Source: Candidatus Woesearchaeota archaeon
Lineage (GTDB): Archaea; Nanobdellota; Nanobdellia; Woesearchaeales; ARS49
NCBI GenBank assembly: GCA_019323135.1
Contig: JAHWHT010000001.1
Location: 1 to 44,806 of the forward strand
Direction of reading: 5' to 3'
Length of the DNA: 44,806 bases
The notes under the pieces were generated by a model that was not told where the DNA came from, ran no database searches, and saw only the letters and a program-made list of their open reading frames with translations. Each line of letters opens with the position of its first letter. The first letter of the stretch is position 1. Made by a program: the position numbers and the translations under genes. Below, in pieces: positions 1 to 10,247 of the stretch.

Positions 1-188
1 GTCTTAGAAGCATCGATTCTTGAAGTTAGAAGCCATTTTCTTCCAGTAATACCTTTATACTTTTTTTTATCAAAAACCACTGCAAAAGTCTGCTTTTTTA
101 ATCTTAACTTTCCGAATAATTGCGAAAGCGTATCATTAATATCTGCCTTAACATACGTAGTTTTCATGAGATCTTTAGCACTAACCAT
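1..188 (-). CDS. CBS-domain-like protein, N-terminal fragment (gene continues beyond window start)
   Basis: ATG at 188-186 preceded by AGGTGAT. Translation is MVSAKDLMKTTYVKADINDTLSQLFGKLRLKKQTFAVVFDKKKYKGITGRKWLL..., which looks CBS-like. Absent from the ORF track because there is no stop in the window. Confidence 0.35.
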   Translation of the reverse strand, partial: MVSAKDLMKTTYVKADINDTLSQLFGKLRLKKQTFAVVFDKKKYKGITGRKWLLTSRIDASK

Positions 189-298
189 GAATATCACCTT
201 TTTTAGTATTAATCTTGGTTATAATATAGTATATTTTAAATGTTTCTATTAGTTTTCACGCCAATACATTTATATATCTGTATATATCTTAAAATAAC

Positions 299-2911
299 AT
301 GGACGGGTATTATCAAAAAGGTGAAAAAGAGATATTTGAAGAACTAAAGACTTCTGAAAAAGGACTTTCTCAAACAGAGGCAGAAGCAAGATTACAACGC
401 TATGGACCGAATGAAATAACAGAATCAGATAAGATACATCCGCTGCAAATATTTGCGCGGCAGTTCAAGAGTCCACTGGTTTGGGTATTAATAGCAGCAA
501 TGATTATATCATTTGCAGTGAAAGAGTACACAGACTTCTATGTAATACTCGCAATTGTAATACTTAACGCGATTCTAGGATTTATTCAGGAATACAAAGC
601 AGAAACAGCAATAGCATCGCTAAAGAAAATGATATCACTAAAAGCAATAGTGATAAGAAACGGAATGCAGAAAGAAATACCTGCATCACAGTTAGTTCCA
701 GGAGATATAATAGTACTTCACACTGGAGAAAAAGTAGCAGCAGATGCAAGAATAATAGAATCAATAAACATTCAGACACAGGAAGCAAGCCTGACAGGAG
801 AATCATCGCCTGTACAGAAGAAAACAGGAACATTCAAGAGAGAAGAATCTGTTGCAGACCGAGTGAATATGGTCTTTAATGGAACAATAATCACAAAAGG
901 ACGAGGAAAAGCAGTAGTGACAAGAACAGGAATACTGACAGAGATAGGAAAGATAGCAAAACTAATCAAAGAGACAAAACCAGCACCAACACCACTGCAA
1001 AAAAAGCTCACACACTTATCTGGATTTCTAGGCATAACTATAATCGCAATAGCACTATTAATATTTGGGCTAGGTGTGCTGCGCGGAAATGATACATTTA
1101 CAATGTTTTTTGCAGCAATTGCATTAGCAGTTGCAGCAATACCAGAAGGACTGCCTGCAGTTGTGACAGTTTCTTTAGCAATGGGAGTCAAAAAACTAGC
1201 AAAACACAATGCTCTTGTAAGACGACTGCCAAGCGTAGAGACTCTAGGAGCATGCACTGTCATCTGTTCTGATAAAACAGGAACATTAACACACAATGAG
1301 ATGACTGTGAAAAAAATATATGCAAATGATGAAATAGTGAGCGTGTCAGGCTCAGGATATGACTCAGAAGGAAGATTCACAAAAAGCCCGCACAGATTCC
1401 AGGAATTATTAATGGCAGGATTATTGAATAATGATGCTCAGCTCAAAAAAGAAAACAAAACCTGGAGTATAATAGGGGATCCAACAGAAGCAGCATTGCT
1501 AGTGAGTGCAAAAAAAGCAGGAATAGACATAGACCAGATGCGACTCAAGTGCAAAAGAGTGGCTGAAATAGAATTCTCATCAGAAAGAAAATTAATGACT
1601 ACAGTAAACAAAGTAGGGCAAAAAAACATAGCATATGCAAAAGGAGCTCCAGAGATAGTGCTAAACGCGTGCAATAGAGCACTAATAGACGGAAGAGTCA
1701 TCAGATTATCTAAAACAGCAAAAGAAAAAATCCTTGAGGTCAATGAAGAATTTGCAAAAAGTGCTCTAAGAGTGCTTGGCTTTGCATACAAAGAGACAGG
1801 AGAGCACATATCAACAGAGAGCACTGAAAAAGATATGATATTCTTGGGTCTGCAAGGATTGATAGACCCTCCACGGCCAGAAGTAAAAGATGCAATCAAA
1901 AAATGCGAAACAGCAGGAATAAAGGTAATAATGATAACAGGGGACCACAAAGCAACTGCAATGGCAATAGCAAGACAGATTGGCATGAAAGGGAAAGCAG
2001 TTACTGGAATGGATTTAGACAAGCTGGATAACTTTGATGAAATTGTAGAAGACATCGTGGTTTATGCACGGGTAAATCCTACTCATAAATTGAAAATAAT
2101 AGAGGCTCTGAAGAAAAAAGGCCACATCGTAGCAATGACTGGCGATGGAGTAAATGATGCTCCTGCACTGAAAAAATCAGACATAGGCATTGCAATGGGA
2201 ATAACTGGAACAGACGTTGCAAAAGAAGCAAGTGACATGATACTAGCAGATGATAACTTTGCATCAATTGTGAATGCTGTTGAGGAAGGAAGAACTATAT
2301 TTGATAATATTAAAAAGTTTGTTGAATACCTGCTCTCCAGCAATATGGGCGAAGTCTTGACAATATTTATCGCAGTCCTGCTTAAGATGCCGCTGCCATT
2401 GGTTGCAATACAAATACTCTGGATTAACTTGGTTACAGATGGAGCACCAGCACTTTCATTAAGCGCAGACCCAGCAGAACCAAAACTTATGAAACGGCCT
2501 CCTCGCAAAGTTGAAGAAAAAATAGTCAACAAAAGAAGAGGAACAATGATACTTCTCATTGGTACAATTATGATGCTGGGAACTTTAGGAGTTTTCCAGT
2601 GGTACAGCCCTGAAACAAACACAATATATGCGCACACAATGGCATTCACAACACTGATGCTATTCCAGATGTTTAACGTCGTGAATATGAGATCAGAAGA
2701 TTATTCTATATTTGGATTAAAATTGAACAAATGGTTGATTGGGGCAATAATATTATCTGTTGGCCTGCAAGTTGCAGTAATCAATCTGCCATTCTTAAAT
2801 GAAATATTCCGCACAGTTCCACTAAAACTAACAGACTGGCTAGTTGCAATAGCAATCAGCTCATCAGTGTTAATATTTGGAGAAGCAGTAAAGCTATTCA
2901 AGAAAGTATAA
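299..2911 (+). CDS. P-type (type IIA, SERCA-like) Ca2+-transporting ATPase
   Basis: 870 aa. Contains DKTGTLT (phospho-Asp), PEGLPAV (TM4 ion site) and the TGDGVNDAPALK hinge. Multi-TM C-terminal half. Confidence 0.9.
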   Translation: MDGYYQKGEKEIFEELKTSEKGLSQTEAEARLQRYGPNEITESDKIHPLQIFARQFKSPLVWVLIAAMIISFAVKEYTDFYVILAIVILNAILGFIQEYKAETAIASLKKMISLKAIVIRNGMQKEIPASQLVPGDIIVLHTGEKVAADARIIESINIQTQEASLTGESSPVQKKTGTFKREESVADRVNMVFNGTIITKGRGKAVVTRTGILTEIGKIAKLIKETKPAPTPLQKKLTHLSGFLGITIIAIALLIFGLGVLRGNDTFTMFFAAIALAVAAIPEGLPAVVTVSLAMGVKKLAKHNALVRRLPSVETLGACTVICSDKTGTLTHNEMTVKKIYANDEIVSVSGSGYDSEGRFTKSPHRFQELLMAGLLNNDAQLKKENKTWSIIGDPTEAALLVSAKKAGIDIDQMRLKCKRVAEIEFSSERKLMTTVNKVGQKNIAYAKGAPEIVLNACNRALIDGRVIRLSKTAKEKILEVNEEFAKSALRVLGFAYKETGEHISTESTEKDMIFLGLQGLIDPPRPEVKDAIKKCETAGIKVIMITGDHKATAMAIARQIGMKGKAVTGMDLDKLDNFDEIVEDIVVYARVNPTHKLKIIEALKKKGHIVAMTGDGVNDAPALKKSDIGIAMGITGTDVAKEASDMILADDNFASIVNAVEEGRTIFDNIKKFVEYLLSSNMGEVLTIFIAVLLKMPLPLVAIQILWINLVTDGAPALSLSADPAEPKLMKRPPRKVEEKIVNKRRGTMILLIGTIMMLGTLGVFQWYSPETNTIYAHTMAFTTLMLFQMFNVVNMRSEDYSIFGLKLNKWLIGAIILSVGLQVAVINLPFLNEIFRTVPLKLTDWLVAIAISSSVLIFGEAVKLFKKV

Positions 2912-2912
2912 A

Positions 2913-3878
2913 ATGATACTAGAACTAGGGGCACAGTTTGCACAGGCAAATCCTATTATATTCTATGGTATTGCATGTATTCTTAGTTTAGTGATTGTCT
3001 TAAAATCTTCTGACTTAGCAATATATGGAATATCTAATTATGCTAAAAAATTAGGGATATCCCACTACTTAATAGGATTCTTAGTAGTTGCAGTAGGTAC
3101 TTCTCTTCCTGAATTAGTTGCCGCAGTTACAGGAGCATTTGCAAACCAGACAGAACTTGTTTTAGGAACAGTTATTGGCTCTAACATAAGTGACTTGACA
3201 TTAGTGCTGGGAATAATGGTATTGGTTGGAAGAAAAATCAAGATAGAGCACCCTATTGTTGGAAAAACCTTTTTCATGACACTCATGCTTGTTGCACTGC
3301 CATTGATATTAGTATCTGACGGAGCATTGACAAGACCAGATGGCTTTATTTTACTGGCAGGTTTTGCAGCATATGTAGCAAGCTTGTGGATAAAAGAAGG
3401 GAAAATGGGCCATATGAAGGAAACTGTCCATCTTAAACATTTATGGAGAGACGGATTAATCTTTGCAGGAGCAATAGTAGCATTATTAGTGGGCGCAAGA
3501 ATATTGATATACTCTTCATCACAGATAGCAGCAATAGCAGGAATCTCTCCTTATGTTATTGGTTTAACATTGATTGCACTAGGAACATCTTTACCAGAAG
3601 TAATGGTTGAGGTGAAATCAATATTGCAAGGAATCAGTAGTTTAGCATTTGGGGATTTAATTGGTTCAATTGTCGCTAATTCTACATTGGTTTTAGGACT
3701 TGTTGCATTAATTAACCCTATTGCCCTAGACCCTTGGACAATCGGACTGGCATCTGCATTCATGATGGGAACGCTTTTGTTAAGTCTTTACTTCATGACC
3801 AAGAAAACAATAACCTGGAGACATGGAATACTTCTAGTCAGCATATATGCAGTGTTTTTTGTGATGCAGTTTATTTAA
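2913..3878 (+). CDS. CaCA-family Na+/Ca2+ exchanger (YrbG-like)
   Basis: 321 aa, starting 1 nt after the ATPase stop. Two alpha-repeat motifs (GTSLPELVAAV and GTSLPEVMVEV). Polytopic membrane protein. Confidence 0.85.
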   Translation: MILELGAQFAQANPIIFYGIACILSLVIVLKSSDLAIYGISNYAKKLGISHYLIGFLVVAVGTSLPELVAAVTGAFANQTELVLGTVIGSNISDLTLVLGIMVLVGRKIKIEHPIVGKTFFMTLMLVALPLILVSDGALTRPDGFILLAGFAAYVASLWIKEGKMGHMKETVHLKHLWRDGLIFAGAIVALLVGARILIYSSSQIAAIAGISPYVIGLTLIALGTSLPEVMVEVKSILQGISSLAFGDLIGSIVANSTLVLGLVALINPIALDPWTIGLASAFMMGTLLLSLYFMTKKTITWRHGILLVSIYAVFFVMQFI

Positions 3879-3961
3879 TCACTAACTGGTGTCAGTTTAC
3901 ACGAAGCTTTTTAAAGTATCCTCAGTTCTTTCCCCTGTAAGAATTATAGTGGGGGATACTA

Positions 3962-5587
3962 ATGAAGAAACCAGGAATTATCAAGACTACACTTACCGGA
4001 CTATTACTGACAGCACTAGCAACACTATCAAGTTGTGTTGAGAAAGAAACAGAATATGTTGATGTACATCACTGGCAGACACCAGTAGCAGATATCGAAG
4101 CAATTTCTGATGACGGCGATTTTACTGCACTAGAAGTTCGGGAAAAAGATGACTGGGAAGTCTACGTATTCAACATGCAGACAGGAACAGCAACAAACAT
4201 ATCCAATGACCCAATAAACAGCGATAAAACTGTTGGTTTTGCAGGACATCATTTAATCACGCTTTCTGAAAACCCACAAGACATAGAAAATATTAAAATA
4301 TATGATGTAGAAACAGGTCTGCTTACATTTGAATCAGATGCGTATAGCTGGATAGGTCAAGAAATAATTCCGTATGGTGCAGGCACAAAAGTCTTGATGA
4401 ATCTAGACGACGGCACTGGCGCAAATATCTTTACCCACACACTCGGAGAAAATACTCTAGAAAAATTAATCACAGGTTCTGCTTACAGCTATATTGAGAA
4501 AGCCTCAGAAGACAAAAGCTTAATTTTTATTGAACATGACAGTCCAAGCGGACCTACCATGTCAATCTTTAGACCTGCGGATGGTTCAATAACGCCAGTT
4601 TTAAATCTTTCAAATCATGATGTGCGCCACATATCAAAAAACAATAAAACAGCAGTTATGGTAAATTGGAATTATCCAAACTCAGATCTAAAAACATTAG
4701 ACATTGATACAAACACAGTAAACTTAGTAAACCTGCCTACAGGAAAAAGATATGATTTTGTGTATGACATATCTGAAAATGGTGAAACTGCAATGGTTAT
4801 GCTGCAAGATACTGCGACAGACAATAGAGAATGGTACTGTCTTGACACTGCAACACAGACACTAGACTTTATAACAGATGCAGAAGTTGGAGCTGCAATC
4901 TATGACCCGCAATCAATTTCAGCAGACGGTACAATAACTGCTTTTAGAGATTGGAGCAGTCCGGAAATAAGGTTGTTCAATGCAGACACAGATGAATTTT
5001 ATGACCCATTTAACGCAATAACTCACACAGGCTCTAGTATACTCGGTTTTACCTCAGACGGCAAAGCAGTACTGGATTACAGCACAAATGTCGGATGGTA
5101 TGGAATAAGCAATCTTGTTTTACATGACCCTGCAACAAAGACAAACACGCCTATAGAAGACAGCAACTTTAGCAACAGATGGACTGCAGAAATGCTTCCG
5201 GGCAATCAGCACCTAGCAAGAGACGCAGAAGAGATAGCAACAGGCTGGGAAGTTGTGATTCTAGAAGACTTACTTAATGCAACTAAGAAAATCATACAAT
5301 TGCCAGGATTAGATGCGAACTATGTAGACCATTCCCCAGACGGCTCAACAGTATACATTGAAAGCAGAAGCAATATGCCTAATTTGTTTGCATATGACTT
5401 GGCTACTGAAGCAGTAACGCAGATAACCAATAACACAGATGAGTCTGTTAATGGCTTCAGGATAGAAAAGCATTCTGCAGATGGCCAGAGCTTGATATTC
5501 AGAGAATACAATTGGAATGGAACAGAAACATACAAACAATTGGACTTTGATACTGGCGACATAAAAATAGTTGCATACGAAGATTAA
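3962..5587 (+). CDS. Secreted lipoprotein with PD40/TolB-like beta-propeller repeats
   Basis: Signal peptide plus lipobox LSSC. Recurrent blade motifs: SDDGDFTA, SENGETAM, SADGTITA, TSDGKAVL, SPDGSTVY, SADGQSLI. Confidence 0.6.
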   Translation: MKKPGIIKTTLTGLLLTALATLSSCVEKETEYVDVHHWQTPVADIEAISDDGDFTALEVREKDDWEVYVFNMQTGTATNISNDPINSDKTVGFAGHHLITLSENPQDIENIKIYDVETGLLTFESDAYSWIGQEIIPYGAGTKVLMNLDDGTGANIFTHTLGENTLEKLITGSAYSYIEKASEDKSLIFIEHDSPSGPTMSIFRPADGSITPVLNLSNHDVRHISKNNKTAVMVNWNYPNSDLKTLDIDTNTVNLVNLPTGKRYDFVYDISENGETAMVMLQDTATDNREWYCLDTATQTLDFITDAEVGAAIYDPQSISADGTITAFRDWSSPEIRLFNADTDEFYDPFNAITHTGSSILGFTSDGKAVLDYSTNVGWYGISNLVLHDPATKTNTPIEDSNFSNRWTAEMLPGNQHLARDAEEIATGWEVVILEDLLNATKKIIQLPGLDANYVDHSPDGSTVYIESRSNMPNLFAYDLATEAVTQITNNTDESVNGFRIEKHSADGQSLIFREYNWNGTETYKQLDFDTGDIKIVAYED

Positions 5588-5639
5588 TTTTTTTTCTTCT
5601 TATTTTTGTCATTAATTTTAAAAAGAATCACCTATTAGA

Positions 5640-6065
5640 TTGGATTTTATGGGGATTGAGAAATTTGTGCCTCGCACAGAGGAATTAGAAAGTATTGAAG
5701 TAATTGAAGGAGTTATTGTGGCAGTTTATCCGCATAGCACTAATCCTGTTCTAGTGCAGCTTGATGGATACAACCATAAAAGCGAGATTCCTAAATATAG
5801 TTTTGCATGCTCAAGCGATGATCTTGATGAAGTCACTGGCGGAAGAAAAATAAAATATTACAGATGGACAACTAAAAAAGGATTGCATGGAGAGCTGATA
5901 GATCTTCTTCCAGAGCCAAAAAATACATTTGACTATGAAGATGGAGATACAGAAGTAGCGAAAGGGTTATATGCAAAAGACATACAAGAATTTAAAGAAG
6001 ATGCAGAATTAGAAAAATCTATTGATGAAGCAATAGACCAAATAGATGACTTAAAACAAGATTAA
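5640..6065 (+). CDS. Hypothetical acidic protein
   Basis: 141-aa ORF (TTG start; alternative ATG at 5649). No motif recognised. Acidic C-terminal tail. Confidence 0.45.
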   Translation: MDFMGIEKFVPRTEELESIEVIEGVIVAVYPHSTNPVLVQLDGYNHKSEIPKYSFACSSDDLDEVTGGRKIKYYRWTTKKGLHGELIDLLPEPKNTFDYEDGDTEVAKGLYAKDIQEFKEDAELEKSIDEAIDQIDDLKQD

Positions 6066-6961
6066 TACTCTTCTGCTTCCCAGAATCTTGCTTTTGTAAT
6101 CATTTCCCATTCTTTGACAACAATCTTCTGGATTTCGACAATTTGTTCTTCTGTTAAGTGCTTGAATCTGCCCTGCATCTTTAATGCGTCTCTGACAGGA
6201 GTCATCTGAGGTGTGTGGCTGATTGTGAATTTCTTTTTCTCAATTTCATAGAGAGGCCACATGCCTGATTCAACCATCATTTTTCCTGCTTTTAGTGTTT
6301 CATTAGGTTTTACCAACCAGCCTGGTTCGCAGGGAGCTAATAAATCAATAAAGACAGAACCTTCAACTTTAGCAGCCTTTCTTAATTTCTTGATAAAATC
6401 AAAAGGATATGAAACACAAGCAGTTGCACAGTACTCTGCACCACCCATTGCCATCATCTTTGCCATGTTTTTTCTTGGCAAAAGATTTCCTTTAGGGGGC
6501 GGAGTTGTTGTTGTGCGGGCATACTGTTCTGTAGCAGAAGAACACTGATGACCTGTGTTAGCAAACTGACAATTGTTATAGCAAATGTAAATTATTTTTT
6601 CATTACGGTGAATCATTCCACTCAAAGACTGCAGACCAATATCATAAGTAGCACCATCACCTGCATAGACAACAACATGAGTGTCTTTGTCTTTCTTAAG
6701 TGCTTTTAGACCCATTAATATTCCTGCAGAGACTGCACCGCCATTTTCAATAGCGCCGTGAACCCACGGGATTCTATAGGGGGTAAAAGGCCAGGTAGCT
6801 GTTAGAGTCATGCAGCCAGAAGAGTTAACCATTATGACATTCTTTCCAAGAGCAATGAGCATCAATCTAATACCAAGAATAGGATTACAGCCAGAGCAAG
6901 CAAAAGTCCCGCCAGTAATCAAATGAGGTTTTTTCATCTCTTCCTTAATATTAAAATCCAT
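6062..6961 (-). CDS. porB: 2-oxoacid (pyruvate/ketoisovalerate-type):ferredoxin oxidoreductase, beta subunit (TPP-binding)
   Basis: 299 aa. TPP motif GDGATYDIGLQSLSG and N-terminal Cys cluster CSGC. Last gene of the gamma-delta-alpha-beta order. Confidence 0.88.
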   Translation of the reverse strand: MDFNIKEEMKKPHLITGGTFACSGCNPILGIRLMLIALGKNVIMVNSSGCMTLTATWPFTPYRIPWVHGAIENGGAVSAGILMGLKALKKDKDTHVVVYAGDGATYDIGLQSLSGMIHRNEKIIYICYNNCQFANTGHQCSSATEQYARTTTTPPPKGNLLPRKNMAKMMAMGGAEYCATACVSYPFDFIKKLRKAAKVEGSVFIDLLAPCEPGWLVKPNETLKAGKMMVESGMWPLYEIEKKKFTISHTPQMTPVRDALKMQGRFKHLTEEQIVEIQKIVVKEWEMITKARFWEAEEY

Positions 6962-7037
6962 CTTTATTGTCCTCTATATGCAAAAAGGATTTTGATACTC
7001 AAAAAATTCGCTTTTGAATTTTTTGTGGTATTAAAAT

Positions 7038-8177
7038 CTACATCTGCCATTTTCTATCATCTGCTTTAGTTTTCATAATATCATTTAAAATTTCAATATA
7101 ATCCTCTTCTGAAACAAAATTGCCACCAAGACCCTGAACATAATCTGAAATAATCTTTTTAGTTCCATAGAGAGCCATCTTAATCTCTGGATACAAAATG
7201 CCGCCCATTCCTGGACAGATATTCTGGTCAACAACTGCAATCTTATTTACTTTTTCAAGAGCTTTTCTTAACTGTGCTTCTGGGAAAGGCCTGAACAATC
7301 TAATTCTTAGCAATCCTACTTTTTTCCCTTTTTCTCTCATAGTATCAACAGCAGCTCTTGCAATAGTTGCATTAGCACCAATCATTACAATAACTGCGTC
7401 AGCATCTTTAACTTTGTATTCATCAAGAAAATCATATTTTCTTCCAGTGAGCTTGGCCCATTCTTTGTGAACTTTGTCAATAACAGTAAAAGAATCCAGC
7501 ATTGCAGTGTGCAGCTGCTGCCTATATCGCATGTAATCCAGACCCATTGCAGGAATACCTAGAGTCATCGGCTTTTTTACATCTAATCTAATCTCTAATT
7601 CAGGGTGAGGCAGAAACTTATCAACTAATTTCTGTTCAGGAATATCAACTTCAGTTCTTGTGTAGGAATGAACAAAACCATCCATGTTAACAATCACTGG
7701 CAAAAGAATTTTGGGATTTTCAGAAACTTTATAGCCCATTATCACGCTGTCTAAAACCTCTTGATTAGTCTCGCAGATAAACATAATCCAGCCAGCATCA
7801 CGCATAGCTAAAGTATCATTATGATCTGGCCATAAACCAATCGGGGCAGATATACACCTTGAGACTGTTGTCATGACCATCGGAGTTCTGCAGCCAGAGA
7901 TTATCGGAAGAATCTCATGCATTAATAATAATCCTTGTGAAGAAGTTGCTGTAAAAGTCCTTGCACCTGTCATAGAAGAGCCTAAACAAGCAGAGGCAGC
8001 ACTGTGTTCTGATTCAAGCACAACAAACTCTCCTTTGAATTCGCCTTTTGCATTCCATTCAGCAATAGTCTCGATTATTTCAGTAGTTGGAGTGATAGGG
8101 AAACAAGGGACACACTGCACTTTAGCTCTTCTAGCTCCCCAGGCAGCACACTTGTTTCCGTCAATAATATCAATCAT
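7038..8177 (-). CDS. porA: 2-oxoacid:ferredoxin oxidoreductase, alpha subunit
   Basis: 379 aa. N-terminus GNKCAAWGARRAKVQCVPCFPITPTTEI is typical of POR/VOR alpha subunits. Confidence 0.88.
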   Translation of the reverse strand: MIDIIDGNKCAAWGARRAKVQCVPCFPITPTTEIIETIAEWNAKGEFKGEFVVLESEHSAASACLGSSMTGARTFTATSSQGLLLMHEILPIISGCRTPMVMTTVSRCISAPIGLWPDHNDTLAMRDAGWIMFICETNQEVLDSVIMGYKVSENPKILLPVIVNMDGFVHSYTRTEVDIPEQKLVDKFLPHPELEIRLDVKKPMTLGIPAMGLDYMRYRQQLHTAMLDSFTVIDKVHKEWAKLTGRKYDFLDEYKVKDADAVIVMIGANATIARAAVDTMREKGKKVGLLRIRLFRPFPEAQLRKALEKVNKIAVVDQNICPGMGGILYPEIKMALYGTKKIISDYVQGLGGNFVSEEDYIEILNDIMKTKADDRKWQM

Positions 8178-8183
8178 TCTTTA

Positions 8184-8480
8184 TTAGCCTCTTTCTTTTT
8201 TTACAGTTATGCACTTAACAGGACAAATCTCGACACACAATAAACAGCCTTTGCAGACTTTTCCATCACAGACAGGAAAACCTTTTTTGTCTACTGAATA
8301 AGCAGCATCAGGACAGTGTAACCAGCATAGGCCGCACTTAATACATTTTTCATAATCAATAACCGGCTTAAACACACGCCAATTAGCTCGCTCAACTAAT
8401 TTCTGTTTTTCAACAGCATAAGGAATACCTTTTTTCCCAAGATTCTTGAATTCCTTTTCTTTGATTAACTTGCTCAACAT
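8184..8480 (-). CDS. porD: 2-oxoacid:ferredoxin oxidoreductase, delta subunit (2x[4Fe-4S] ferredoxin)
   Basis: 98 aa. Cys clusters CIKCGLCWLHCP and CKGCLLCVEICP. Confidence 0.85.
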   Translation of the reverse strand: MLSKLIKEKEFKNLGKKGIPYAVEKQKLVERANWRVFKPVIDYEKCIKCGLCWLHCPDAAYSVDKKGFPVCDGKVCKGCLLCVEICPVKCITVKKERG

Positions 8481-9004
8481 ACCACCTTATCATAACATAT
8501 TTTTGCTGCCTCTAAATTTTTCTTGACAGCTTCTGGATGTTTTAATCCTAATTCGATTCCAACTGCTTTTTTCAGATGCTTGAAATCAATTTCTGGAAAA
8601 ATCTTAACAAACGCACCTAGTAAAGCAATATTTGGAACGTTTCTGCCAAGAATCTCCATTGCAACGCCAGTAGCATCTGCTCTGCAATACTCAACATCTA
8701 ATTTCAAATCTTTAGCAGTGTTGATTAACTCTTTTGTTGTCTTTTTTCTGCCCTGAAGATGACAGGCCAGTTCTAAAGTGTCATCAAGAACAAGTATGTA
8801 ATCTGGATTCCAGACATAACCTCTAGTGTTGATTTTATTTTTGTTTATCCTGACAAAACTAGTTACAGGCGCACCTCTTCTCTCTGCACCGTATAGAGCA
8901 AAGTCTTGAGTTACATAACCTGCAAGATATGCTGCTCTTGCTAGAATCTGGGCAGCTTTTTTAACACCCTGCCCGCCTCTTCCATGAATCCTGATTGAAA
9001 TCAT
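8474..9004 (-). CDS. porG: 2-oxoacid:ferredoxin oxidoreductase, gamma subunit
   Basis: 176 aa. IRIHGRGGQGVKKAAQILA...YGAERRGAP is typical of the gamma subunit. Overlaps porD. Confidence 0.85.
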   Translation of the reverse strand: MISIRIHGRGGQGVKKAAQILARAAYLAGYVTQDFALYGAERRGAPVTSFVRINKNKINTRGYVWNPDYILVLDDTLELACHLQGRKKTTKELINTAKDLKLDVEYCRADATGVAMEILGRNVPNIALLGAFVKIFPEIDFKHLKKAVGIELGLKHPEAVKKNLEAAKICYDKVVC

Positions 9005-10161
9005 TTCTTATATCTCTTTAGCCAAGGCTCTAGTCTGCCTAATGCTTTTTGTATTAATTTATAATCTGTTGCAAAAGAAAATCTAACATGACCTTCGCCA
9101 CTTGGACCAAAGTCAATACCTGGAACAGCAGCAACTTTTGCTTCTGTAATCATTTTTTTAACAAACCTCTTACTACTATTGTCAAAAGACTTAATATTTC
9201 CAAAAGCATAGAATGCGCCTTTAGGCATTGGACAACTTATGCCTAATTCATTTAATCTTGGAACAATTAACTTTCTTCTTCTGTCATATTCTTTTTTCAT
9301 TTGATTGACGTGTTTGTCGCCCATCTTCAGAGCCTTTATGCCTACTAATTGCGACATTGTAGGTGCGCAGACAGTTGAAAAAATGTGTGTTTTTTTCAGA
9401 GCATTAGCTAATTCTTGATTACAGACAGCATAACCTAATCTGTATCCGCACATTGCATAAGATTTTGAAAACGTCTGAAACGTAACTGCATAATCCTCCA
9501 TACCATTAAAAGATGCAATAGAGTGATGCTTTGCTTTATCATATAATATCTTTTCATAAGCTTCATCTGAAAAAATGTATAAATCATTTTCTACTGCAAT
9601 ATCTGCAAGCTCTTCTAATATTTTTTTGCTTAGGACATTGCCAGTTGGATTTGATGGAGAATTGATTAACAAGACTTTTGTTTTCTTTTTGTTTATCAGT
9701 TTTTTTACTTCATCTGGATTTACAGAGTAATCATCTTCTTCTCTTAGTTTGACAAATCTAGGATTTGCATTGAACATTTCACAAGTAGGGAGAAACCCCA
9801 TGTATCCAGGATCTGGAAGAATAATCTGCTCAGAAACATCTAAACAACAAGCAGTTGCAAGCATTAATGCTTCTTGAGAACCGCAGGTCACAACAACATT
9901 ATCCGGAGATGCTTTGATTTTGTTGTCTTTTTTTAGTTTTTTTACAATAGCTTCTCTTAATTCTCTTAATCCGCCTGCAGGAGAGTAGTGATTAACTAAG
10001 TGCGCAACTTTTTTTGTGTGCGCAACTATCTCTTTGTGTGCAGGAAAGTCTGGCTCGCCAGGACCTAGTGAGATTATCTCTGGGTGTTCGACTGCTATTT
10101 CAATTAATTTTTCAATCTCTAAATCTGGAAGCTCTTGCTCTCTTTCTGATAACTCAACCAT
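9001..10161 (-). CDS. Class I/II PLP-dependent aminotransferase (aspartate/aromatic type)
   Basis: 386 aa. SFSKSYAMCGYRLGY (PLP Lys) and NSPSNPTG. 4-nt overlap with porG. Confidence 0.88.
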   Translation of the reverse strand: MVELSEREQELPDLEIEKLIEIAVEHPEIISLGPGEPDFPAHKEIVAHTKKVAHLVNHYSPAGGLRELREAIVKKLKKDNKIKASPDNVVVTCGSQEALMLATACCLDVSEQIILPDPGYMGFLPTCEMFNANPRFVKLREEDDYSVNPDEVKKLINKKKTKVLLINSPSNPTGNVLSKKILEELADIAVENDLYIFSDEAYEKILYDKAKHHSIASFNGMEDYAVTFQTFSKSYAMCGYRLGYAVCNQELANALKKTHIFSTVCAPTMSQLVGIKALKMGDKHVNQMKKEYDRRRKLIVPRLNELGISCPMPKGAFYAFGNIKSFDNSSKRFVKKMITEAKVAAVPGIDFGPSGEGHVRFSFATDYKLIQKALGRLEPWLKRYKK

Positions 10162-10247
10162 GTTTTTAAAATACCCTCTAGTGATTTATATACCATACTT
10201 TACTAAAACGTTATAATAAAGTTTGTTGTCATCAAATAGTGAAATAA

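Noticed and set aside
582-2649. Several long antisense ORFs (83-205 aa) inside the P-type ATPase gene
   Set aside because: They are low-complexity, lie entirely within and opposite a gene with unambiguous motifs, and carry no motifs of their own. This is typical shadow-frame behaviour. The same applies to shadow ORFs within por, the aminotransferase, gltB-like, trxB and the beta-propeller gene.
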